From positions 4,927-68,926 of the IMG/VR virus record IMGVR_UViG_3300043427_001988: a stretch of 64,000 nucleotides of DNA. The stretch is one strand, 5' to 3'. The translations under genes and the position numbers were made by a program. Of this stretch, positions 7,588-14,680 are shown in pieces. This DNA is from a virus. Position 1 is the stretch's first letter. Every line of letters starts with the position of its first letter. A model generated the notes under the pieces. That model was not told the origin of the DNA. It saw nothing but the letters and a program-made list of their open reading frames with translations, and searched no databases.

Positions 7588-8068
7588 GATTAACCCCCGA
7601 TACAGTATTAATAAACTTACGAATTGAATTGATAGATAAATCCACGTTCACAGAGTAGGGTAGTAACAGTAGTATTTGCTGCGGGGTTAATACATCACGT
7701 TGCAACGAATTACATTTACTACAATCTACATACAAATTGAACGGGGTTAAATTACCCCCGAATATTCGGGGTATCTTATGACATATTGCAAGTTTATCAC
7801 CCCCGCAATTTATGCATTTGGGGCGTTCGGGTAAATCCAAACCGAACCGTTTGCAATTATCGTACACGCCCCTATGTGGTAAATGTTTAAATGATGTATC
7901 ACCCCCGATACTACCCGCTATCAAACCGTTATGCTCTAATAGGATTACATCATGATAGCGTTTATTAAAATCGGTAATTATTGCATCTGTAAGATACATA
8001 GATAATGCATCAAACGCCCCGCCCCCGTTTAATAAACGGTTCACTAGAATTAGTGGTATTTTCATCAC
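7580..8068 (-). CDS. HNH endonuclease-like protein
   Basis: CINC...ICHKIPRIFGG...NLYVDCSKCN matches the zinc-bound HNH pattern. Confidence 0.7.
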   Translation of the reverse strand: MMKIPLILVNRLLNGGGAFDALSMYLTDAIITDFNKRYHDVILLEHNGLIAGSIGGDTSFKHLPHRGVYDNCKRFGLDLPERPKCINCGGDKLAICHKIPRIFGGNLTPFNLYVDCSKCNSLQRDVLTPQQILLLLPYSVNVDLSINSIRKFINTVSGVNHE

Positions 8069-8658
8069 TCACCCCGCAAATTATCTGTATGAACGCCCCG
8101 TTTGATATATTCATAACGCCCCGAACCAAACGCCCCCGCTACATATTCGGTATGTTTGAATAATCGTAAATCGGGTATACGTAAACGAACCGCTACGCTA
8201 TCACTATTCACAAACGCATTATCAATATAGATGTAATCAATAACGGTATTTGTATCGTCTACCATATCCAAACGTAAACGATTTAACGCCCCGCTATTCA
8301 ATTCAATATTAATAATGCATTCATTCGGTAATAGATGATTTACGGGGTTATATTCATACCCGTAAAATATCACCCGATTATGATTATTAAATCGAACCCG
8401 TTCGTTAAATTGTTCTATTGCATCGTGTAGCGTGTAGTGGTTCGTTGTATCGTATAAATACCCCCCGTCGTTTACTACGCTAGTATGAAACAAATCACTA
8501 TAAGAGTAGCAGATGATTTGTAGTGTAGCGGTTTGGGTTTGTGCTACTGCAATAGCATTAACGTCAATACCCCCGTATGTTGTAACAATACGATATGTAA
8601 TACTTGAATAATCTACCCGTTCACCATTTGCATAAATATGCGTTCGTTTGTTAATCAC
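8065..8658 (-). CDS. hypothetical protein
   Basis: Start revised to GTG 8658 behind AGGGG RBS; the ORF-track extension is repeat DNA. Confidence 0.7.
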   Translation of the reverse strand: MINKRTHIYANGERVDYSSITYRIVTTYGGIDVNAIAVAQTQTATLQIICYSYSDLFHTSVVNDGGYLYDTTNHYTLHDAIEQFNERVRFNNHNRVIFYGYEYNPVNHLLPNECIINIELNSGALNRLRLDMVDDTNTVIDYIYIDNAFVNSDSVAVRLRIPDLRLFKHTEYVAGAFGSGRYEYIKRGVHTDNLRGE

Positions 8659-8727
8659 TACGATACCCCTATCAATATAATAGCGGGGGCGTATATCACC
8701 CCCGCAACGAACCCGCTGCAAACCGAT

Positions 8728-8743
8728 TGTTTCACGTGAAACA
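8728..8743. promoter_or_regulatory. parS: parS site (chromosomal consensus)
   Basis: Exact TGTTTCACGTGAAACA. Confidence 0.85.
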
Positions 8744-9124
8744 TTAACCCCGTTTGATTGTTGTAATCAATACGTCTAATGCATCACGGGTATTTTTTGC
8801 ATCATTCGAATATGTTTGTAGACGTGCTACTAATGCATTATTACGTTGAATTAACCCCCGCAACGTTTGTTTGTATGAACGTCGTAATTCTATATCGTAC
8901 CATTTGGTATCAATAAGTAGACCGCTGATAATAGTAATTTGTTTCGTTACATCGTTCAATTCTACGGTGTCAACATGGGTAAACCGTTCGATAGTTTGTA
9001 GCACGTCTAGTGTAGTACCAAATGTTGCAATTTGTAGCGGGTTCATATTCTTAACCCGTTCGTTCAATACCCGCTTATATTCGCTAGAATTAACCGGTTT
9101 ACGTTGCGTTTGTTTGTTATCCAT
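8744..9124 (-). CDS. hypothetical coiled-coil protein
   Basis: ORF with AGGGG RBS; stop abuts parS. Confidence 0.75.
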   Translation of the reverse strand: MDNKQTQRKPVNSSEYKRVLNERVKNMNPLQIATFGTTLDVLQTIERFTHVDTVELNDVTKQITIISGLLIDTKWYDIELRRSYKQTLRGLIQRNNALVARLQTYSNDAKNTRDALDVLITTIKRG

Positions 9125-9138
9125 TGTGAACCCCTATT

Positions 9139-9225
9139 CTATACTAATGCTAAAAATACAAATACTGCTATCACCCAAACATACACCCATACACAAACCC
9201 AAAAAATAAACGTCAAATTATCCAT
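9139..9225 (-). CDS. 28-aa hydrophobic membrane peptide
   Basis: MDNLTFIFWVCVWVYVWVIAVFVFLALV*; same AGGGGTTCACAATGGA start context as neighbours; not in ORF track. Confidence 0.7.
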   Translation of the reverse strand: MDNLTFIFWVCVWVYVWVIAVFVFLALV

Positions 9226-9293
9226 TGTGAACCCCTATCAATATAATAGCGGGGGCGTTTATCACCCCCGCAACGAACCCGCTGCAAACCGAT

Positions 9294-9309
9294 TGTTTCA
9301 CGTGAAACA
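9294..9309. promoter_or_regulatory. parS: parS site
   Basis: Exact TGTTTCACGTGAAACA. Confidence 0.85.
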
Positions 9310-9310
9310 A

Positions 9311-9595
9311 TCACCCACGGTGTCCAAATGTGAACCGGTGTATGTACACCCCGTCGTATTTACCATGTTTGATTAACTTGCGTACACGGTGTATTAACTT
9401 ACGTGCTACCAAATCATCACCCCGTAACAATGCGTTATATGCATCATCTAACAATCTACGTAATCTACCATAATAATCGTATACGTACACCTCATTTACC
9501 CCCAAATTGTAATCATCACATGCACGTTGTAGCATGATACCCGTTGTAACATGTAAGAGAAACAAACGTTTACCTAATTCACTAATGCTATTCAT
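9311..9595 (-). CDS. hypothetical protein
   Basis: ORF between repeat copies; AGGGG RBS. Confidence 0.75.
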   Translation of the reverse strand: MNSISELGKRLFLLHVTTGIMLQRACDDYNLGVNEVYVYDYYGRLRRLLDDAYNALLRGDDLVARKLIHRVRKLIKHGKYDGVYIHRFTFGHRG

Positions 9596-9663
9596 TCGAT
9601 ACCCCTATCAATATAATAGCGGGGGCGTTTATCACCCCCGCAACGAACCCGAACCGAACCCAT

Positions 9664-9679
9664 TGTTTCACGTGAAACA
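9664..9679. promoter_or_regulatory. parS: parS site
   Basis: Exact TGTTTCACGTGAAACA. Confidence 0.85.
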
Positions 9680-9680
9680 T

Positions 9681-9860
9681 TTACACCATTGACCATTGCA
9701 TAAACGCAACATAGCGGGGCGTATCGTATACACCCGCCCGTACATACCGAACGTATGGAACGCTATCACCCATGTACCATGTAGCAGTACCGACAATCAC
9801 CCCGCCCCGTACCAATTGAATGATGTATGCATCGCTATACATCGTATGTTTGTAATCCAT
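9681..9860 (-). CDS. 59-aa hypothetical protein
   Basis: MDYKHTMYSDAYIIQLVRGG...WSMV*; AGGGG RBS; fills the gap between repeats; not in ORF track. Confidence 0.7.
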   Translation of the reverse strand: MDYKHTMYSDAYIIQLVRGGVIVGTATWYMGDSVPYVRYVRAGVYDTPRYVAFMQWSMV

Positions 9861-9928
9861 TGTGAACCCCTATCAATATAATAGCGGGGGCGTATATCAC
9901 CCCCGCAACGAACCCGAACCGAACCCAT

Positions 9929-9944
9929 TGTTTCACGTGAAACA
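9929..9944. promoter_or_regulatory. parS: parS site
   Basis: Exact TGTTTCACGTGAAACA. Confidence 0.85.
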
Positions 9945-9946
9945 AT

Positions 9947-10219
9947 CTATAACCCGTTGCGTTTGTCGGTATGGTATATCATTGTTTGAATGTATACCAA
10001 ATCTAGAATTGACGGTTTACGCTTGTTTTCAATAATGCGTTCACCGTAGCACGTCGTAATAGCGTATGGGTTATGTACCGTTTTGTATACCGTGATGTAA
10101 TAATCACGAACGTACACGAATGTGTAGATTGTTTCATTGCCGTTCACGTCGTTAACCGTTAACGTCGTTGCGGGTGAACCGTCAAACGTCGTATTACCCC
10201 AAATCAAACCATGCTCCAT
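9947..10219 (-). CDS. hypothetical protein
   Basis: ORF between repeat copies; AGGG RBS. Confidence 0.75.
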   Translation of the reverse strand: MEHGLIWGNTTFDGSPATTLTVNDVNGNETIYTFVYVRDYYITVYKTVHNPYAITTCYGERIIENKRKPSILDLVYIQTMIYHTDKRNGL

Positions 10220-10286
10220 TGTAAACCCCTATTCATAATAGCGGGGGCGTTTATCACCCCCGCAACGAACCCAAACCCGAACCGAT

Positions 10287-10302
10287 TGTTTCACGTGAAA
10301 CA
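10287..10302. promoter_or_regulatory. parS: parS site
   Basis: Exact TGTTTCACGTGAAACA. Confidence 0.85.
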
Positions 10303-10323
10303 TTTACCCGAACCCGAACCCAT

Positions 10324-10339
10324 TGTTTCACGTGAAACA
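10324..10339. promoter_or_regulatory. parS: parS site
   Basis: Exact TGTTTCACGTGAAACA. Confidence 0.85.
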
Positions 10340-10567
10340 TTTTCACGTATTGACGGGCGGCATTTACCGATACAATCGGGTATTACGCCCCCCCCGTCTA
10401 TTGAATTGTCAATGTACCGTGATAGCGGGGGTTCGTTTACGCTACGTTTACCGTATGGGGGCGTTCGCAGTAGCCAAACCGTGAACCCCCCCGAACCCAT
10501 ATCACCCGCCCGTATCGGCGTGGACACCCGCCCGTATGGGGGCGGGGCGTAATTTAACGCTACGGGT

Positions 10568-10632
10568 ATTGTAACAAATCCAATACCCCCGTGCCAAAAA
10601 ATAGATTAACGTTTGATGAGAGAATTATGAGA
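10568..10632 (-). promoter_or_regulatory. probable promoter of the island operon, with TCTCAT direct repeat
   Basis: TTGGCA-18-TACAAT with extended TG; ATGAGA at 10616 and 10627. Confidence 0.6.
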
Positions 10633-10769
10633 AAAAACACTTAAAACCGTTTTTATTCATATTTTCTTAACAATCCAGGGGTAGAACAAATGTGCTACTT
10701 TTTGGGGTACGGACTATACACAGACCCTCAAAAATTTTTAAAAGCCTCCCCTTCCTTTTTACCCCCAGG

Positions 10770-10845
10770 AACCCCACATAAACCCCACATAAACCACCAA
10801 GAACCACCAGAGAACCACCAGAGAACCACACATAAACCACACAAT
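10770..10845 (+). repeat. about 11-bp tandem repeat (AACC(C/A)C..., 7 copies)
   Basis: aaccccacata x2, aaccaccaag, aaccaccagag x2, aaccacacata, aaccacacaata. Confidence 0.85.
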
Positions 10846-10864
10846 AAAAAAGAAGAGGAGCATG

Positions 10865-11218
10865 TTACTGCTCCTCCTCCGTGCTATTATTCGTATGTCT
10901 GCTCATGCGCAACCGCCGCTCTTCTACCGGCCTGGATAAATATTCTTCTCGCACATATTCATAGGGAACGTAATCAAGTAATCCCTTCGGGTCATCAAAC
11001 GACGTAGGGCTATTCAGGTGTTTGCGTACATACCATTTCAAATCGCGAGATGGTTTGAGATTAAGCACGGTCATCGTAGGGCCGTAGTGTACGCGTACTT
11101 CTTTATCATCCCAGGCCATGAAATACCCTGCACCCCATCCTTCTTTTGGTTTATAGAATTCTATCCAGCGTTCTTCAATACTCCCGCCGATAACAACGAC
11201 TTTACGAAATAAACTCAT
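10865..11218 (-). CDS. hypothetical protein
   Basis: Start revised to MSLFRKV behind GAGGAG. Confidence 0.7.
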   Translation of the reverse strand: MSLFRKVVVIGGSIEERWIEFYKPKEGWGAGYFMAWDDKEVRVHYGPTMTVLNLKPSRDLKWYVRKHLNSPTSFDDPKGLLDYVPYEYVREEYLSRPVEERRLRMSRHTNNSTEEEQ

Positions 11219-11468
11219 CGCGCGGTGCTCCTCGGTAATTGACGACGATAGTGTCGATAAAGAGATACCAGAAGTATATGGCAGTAACCTCGGCGGGAAG
11301 GAAGCCGGTGGTATCAAAAAAGGCCAGGACGATACTCGCCGACCAGGTGTACCGCCAGAGCAAAAAGGGGATTTGTAAGAGAAAGATAGGGCTCGCCAAA
11401 TCGGGCAACCAGTCATAGGCTACGGCAAGGGCACTAGACCCGAGCGCAAGAAGTAGGGTTGCCACCAT
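11202..11468 (-). CDS. small membrane protein
   Basis: Hydrophobic segments from MVATLLLALG; start uncertain. Confidence 0.55.
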   Translation of the reverse strand: MVATLLLALGSSALAVAYDWLPDLASPIFLLQIPFLLWRYTWSASIVLAFFDTTGFLPAEVTAIYFWYLFIDTIVVNYRGAPRDEFIS

Positions 11469-11977
11469 GAAGCCTGTACGATAAACGAGTCTGGTTTCAT
11501 CTCCAGCTGCATCGTAATAAAAAACGAACTTGTATTGGTAATCCGCAAGTCTTGCTCTTGCGTTGCTGAGCCATCCATGTTCCATATTGATACGTTGTCC
11601 TGTCGTTCTACCTCTAAGAGAGGAGTGGAATGAAGGGGAAACTCACGTTCCAGGCCAAATACCCGCGCGAGTTCTGCGTAGCGTGATGCTAAATCACACC
11701 ACCCACCGCCATAGACTCCCCCAGCGGTGATGAGTGGGTACATATCGGGATGACCGACCGTACCGTTAAAAGACCAGGTTTCTCCTGGCGCAATCGTGAC
11801 TGTTTCCAAGGGAGGAACAATCAGCGCAATATTGGTATCTCGCTCATGTCCACGCAGGATTGGCGTGGCCGTATAGACCACCTGGCGCGGAATGAGGGAG
11901 AGGATAAAAATAAGAAAAAATGTAATAAAGCTAGAGACGGCGTGCGTCGGTGACATAGACTTCCACGTCATTTTCAT
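11420..11977 (-). CDS. VanW-family membrane-anchored protein
   Basis: N-terminal TM; IAPGETWSFNGTVG and GGGWCDLAS match VanW motifs. Confidence 0.75.
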   Translation of the reverse strand: MKMTWKSMSPTHAVSSFITFFLIFILSLIPRQVVYTATPILRGHERDTNIALIVPPLETVTIAPGETWSFNGTVGHPDMYPLITAGGVYGGGWCDLASRYAELARVFGLEREFPLHSTPLLEVERQDNVSIWNMDGSATQEQDLRITNTSSFFITMQLEMKPDSFIVQASWWQPYFLRSGLVPLP

Positions 11978-12206
11978 CTTCGATACGTTTCCACAGGTCC
12001 ACGTCGAGGTGTTTCACAAAGAGCTGCAGTACATATGCCTTATCGGTGCGATTCGTAAACACCGGTACTTTTGCTTCTTTTTCAATGTGTTGGGTAAAGG
12101 CGCGAATTGCGGCGGGGTTTACCCAGTCTTGTAATTTAAGGGTAATCGTAATTACGTGATATGGTTTAATTTCCTTTCCTCGTTCATCTAGGAGCCGTGG
12201 TTTCAT
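11931..12206 (-). CDS. hypothetical protein
   Basis: Start revised to MKPRLL behind GGAGG. Confidence 0.65.
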   Translation of the reverse strand: MKPRLLDERGKEIKPYHVITITLKLQDWVNPAAIRAFTQHIEKEAKVPVFTNRTDKAYVLQLFVKHLDVDLWKRIEDENDVEVYVTDARRL

Positions 12207-12448
12207 AAAGCCTCCTTTGTATATTTTGGGTGTACCTGGTCTAATGCAACAACTTCCAGGCATGTTTCATTTTCATAAAATTCAATTAAATAGATAAATG
12301 GGTTTTCGGGTTTGCCCATGAGATAAAATCCGCCGTATCGTACTCCTACGCGTCCTTCCTGGGCGGGTAACTCTACAATACCGCGGAGTGCCCCATGGGC
12401 TTCCAGTTCATAGCGGTCGGTACATTGAAAGATATGGTTGGTGTTCAT
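12203..12448 (-). CDS. hypothetical protein
   Basis: ATGA-coupled ORF in operon. Confidence 0.7.
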   Translation of the reverse strand: MNTNHIFQCTDRYELEAHGALRGIVELPAQEGRVGVRYGGFYLMGKPENPFIYLIEFYENETCLEVVALDQVHPKYTKEAL

Positions 12449-12702
12449 AACTCCTCTACCTGTGTAATAATAATCCCTCGCCCGGGAAATGTCCGGTAGG
12501 TAATTAAGAACTTCCCGTCGCTATCTTCAAAAACGGTAGTATACTCATCTGGATACTTCGTGGAGATTTCGTATTGTATCCACATGCCGTCTGCTACAGG
12601 CTTAAAATCCCGATGCCAACCGGTTTCCTTAATATCGGATACGGTTCCGTATTCACGCAGTTCATCAAGGCTATTCACATGCATAATGATTCCTAGGTTC
12701 AT
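12445..12702 (-). CDS. hypothetical protein
   Basis: ATGA-coupled; weak similarity to 12699-12989 (S..EL..YG...LI.Y..F.G..II...VE). Confidence 0.7.
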   Translation of the reverse strand: MNLGIIMHVNSLDELREYGTVSDIKETGWHRDFKPVADGMWIQYEISTKYPDEYTTVFEDSDGKFLITYRTFPGRGIIITQVEEL

Positions 12703-12989
12703 GCTTTCTCCACATGTTCAACAATAATTCGATTTCCGGCGAATTCTTTATAGTAGATAAGAAGCTCCACGTCCCCTTGTAGTAAGTTCACAGTACCTTC
12801 GCCCATGAATCTATACAAGAACCCAAAGATACTATCGCTTAAGCCCATTCCATTAGGTTCAACGGGTCTTGAGTAAAGTCCTTCGTTAAAGAGATGGCCG
12901 TACCGTGCGAGTTCTTCCATACTCCTACATTTGCGAATAGCCGTTAGGTCTAAGTCATAAAATTGATTAGTGTCCAAGTTTTGCGACAA
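12699..12989 (-). CDS. hypothetical protein
   Basis: ORF in operon; AAGGAG RBS. Confidence 0.7.
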   Translation of the reverse strand: MSQNLDTNQFYDLDLTAIRKCRSMEELARYGHLFNEGLYSRPVEPNGMGLSDSIFGFLYRFMGEGTVNLLQGDVELLIYYKEFAGNRIIVEHVEKA

Positions 12990-13371
12990 TCTCCTTTCGT
13001 TTCACAGTGTAATAGTGAAACCCCTTAAAGCGTTCAAGACGCTCTCTAATTCTGCCGGTCAGGTAGGTAAACACCTCATTCGTGTGTAGTTCTCCCTTCC
13101 AGTTTCCCTCAACGCGTTTTCCTATCATCTTTGGTACGAGGGTATTATCCCCGTAGATTTCGATAAAGAAATCGCTTGTATCCTCGTAGTGAATATGCAA
13201 CCGGCGGAGCATTCTCAGGAGCATTGTAAACTCGCCCTGGTTACTGTCGCCAATTCCGTCCATATCAAACTTGTGGTGGTATAAAATAGTTTTTGGGGAT
13301 ACGTTATCAACATAGATAACATAGCTACCATGTTGCGTACCCCCATCAAAATAACAGATTAACTTCGTCAC
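12967..13371 (-). CDS. RNase H-like protein
   Basis: YFDGG, SNQGEF, IYGDN acidic triad typical of RNase HI. Confidence 0.7.
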   Translation of the reverse strand: MTKLICYFDGGTQHGSYVIYVDNVSPKTILYHHKFDMDGIGDSNQGEFTMLLRMLRRLHIHYEDTSDFFIEIYGDNTLVPKMIGKRVEGNWKGELHTNEVFTYLTGRIRERLERFKGFHYYTVKRKEIVAKLGH

Positions 13372-14525
13372 TCAGACTTGCCGGTAATACCGGAGAGCAA
13401 TTTCTTTTGATACCAGATTTGCTGTGTTGATGCAACCACCCCTGCATCAAGGAACGGCGTGCCATCCTGGTATACAAGTGGTCCCTTCCAAAGGGTTTTA
13501 CCACTAGCCAGCATCGCAATAAACTGGTCTAATGCAGCGTTTTCCGTAAAGGCCTCTCCGCGAGTAAAGCCGATACCATTTGTGTCCATACTGTCAAAGT
13601 CGTCCCAGTTTGGTGCAAACCATACAAAGTCTGGTTGGTATGCGCGGTTCTTTTGTGCGTCGGCAAGGCGCATGTACTCTGGGTACCAGTTAAAGTACGG
13701 AACACCAAGACATGCTTCAGGACCTTTCTCACAGGCTTCTGGGTGGTCATAGGGCAGTGAGTACACGTCCTTTCCATCAGCACGGTGCTTTGCGACTTGT
13801 ACCGCAACGTCTGGGGTGTCAATACCGCCCATGATAACATCGTGACCGGTAGATACAAAGTCCCCCACAATCGTTACGGGGTCAAGCGTAACACCTGGGA
13901 TATTAAACCAGAATCCTACCCATACGACATTAAACGAAAGTGGTTCGGTTTGCCCGCGGAGTGCAGTCCAGCAGTAGTTCGCGCCCAGGTAGGCCGAGTT
14001 GACAAGACGGCGGGTTTCGTCGTTAATGAGTGGCCCGACGTAGCCAATCTTACCGGTCTTCGTGGAAAGGGCTGCTGCACAACCGGCAATCATCTTGCCG
14101 TATTCCATCTGACCCATCACGTTCCCGAGGTTATCTGGAGCCTTTCCTGTGATACGGTCATCGCCTGATGCGTGAACAAACTTGATTTGGGGATGGGCAA
14201 GAGCCGCGTTGCGGGTGCCGTCCTTAAAGTCATCCGAGTTGGTGATAATCATGGTAGCACCCTGACCAATCAACTCCTCAATTACTTGCTCTACCTTAAC
14301 ATTGGGTCGGTCAGCTGGGTTAACCTTGTCTACATAGACGTACTTAATTCCCGCATCTTTCTCCACACGAAGCATGGCATCGTGGTGTGCTTGGCTCCAC
14401 CCGCCGTCGTTAATTGGCCCGACCAACACCATACCAATCGTGGTGGTCTGGGTTTCTGCGGGACTTGCCCCACAGGCCATGAGCATTACGGCGATAATCG
14501 CCATCAGTACTGTTCGCAAAATCAT
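13368..14525 (-). CDS. BMP-family (PnrA/Med-like) ABC substrate-binding lipoprotein
   Basis: Lipobox LMAC; VGPINDGGWSQAH, GKIGYVG, VWVGFWF motifs. Confidence 0.9.
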   Translation of the reverse strand: MILRTVLMAIIAVMLMACGASPAETQTTTIGMVLVGPINDGGWSQAHHDAMLRVEKDAGIKYVYVDKVNPADRPNVKVEQVIEELIGQGATMIITNSDDFKDGTRNAALAHPQIKFVHASGDDRITGKAPDNLGNVMGQMEYGKMIAGCAAALSTKTGKIGYVGPLINDETRRLVNSAYLGANYCWTALRGQTEPLSFNVVWVGFWFNIPGVTLDPVTIVGDFVSTGHDVIMGGIDTPDVAVQVAKHRADGKDVYSLPYDHPEACEKGPEACLGVPYFNWYPEYMRLADAQKNRAYQPDFVWFAPNWDDFDSMDTNGIGFTRGEAFTENAALDQFIAMLASGKTLWKGPLVYQDGTPFLDAGVVASTQQIWYQKKLLSGITGKSE

Positions 14526-14540
14526 TTCTCCTCAAAAATA

Positions 14541-14680
14541 TGGTACGGCAAAGTGCGTAGTAGCCCGCCGTGGGCCGTTCACAGGTGCCACCTGTAGGTT
14601 CTTCTAGCTACGTTTTCATAAAGTCATGATAGTACTCGTATGGCTAGTACTTCGCTATCATGTGCACTTCGGCCGTGCCA
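14541..14680 (-). ncRNA. candidate structured RNA (leader or sRNA)
   Basis: Closing helix TGGCACGGC..AAGTGC / GCACTT.GCCGTACCA with three internal hairpins; promoter at 14722-14750. Confidence 0.55.

Larger units (their letters stand above)
8665..10340 (-). repeat. about 80-bp intergenic repeat (parS, GC hairpin, AGGGG RBS), 5 full copies plus 1 partial
   Basis: cccctatcaatataatagcgggggcgt(t/a)tatcacccccgcaacgaaccc...attgtttcacgtgaaaca near 8665, 9231, 9601, 9866, 10225; partial copy near 10306. Confidence 0.95.

Noticed and set aside
170-10340. CRISPR array interpretation of the two repeat families
   Set aside because: The intervals are 200-900 bp genes with RBSs, not 30-40 bp spacers, and there is no cas operon; the Cas4-like nuclease at 59306 is a routine phage recombination gene.
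10211-11007. ORF-track entries 10211-10552, 10291-10527 and 10690-11007
   Set aside because: They translate repeats and structured non-coding DNA, with low-complexity products and no RBS.
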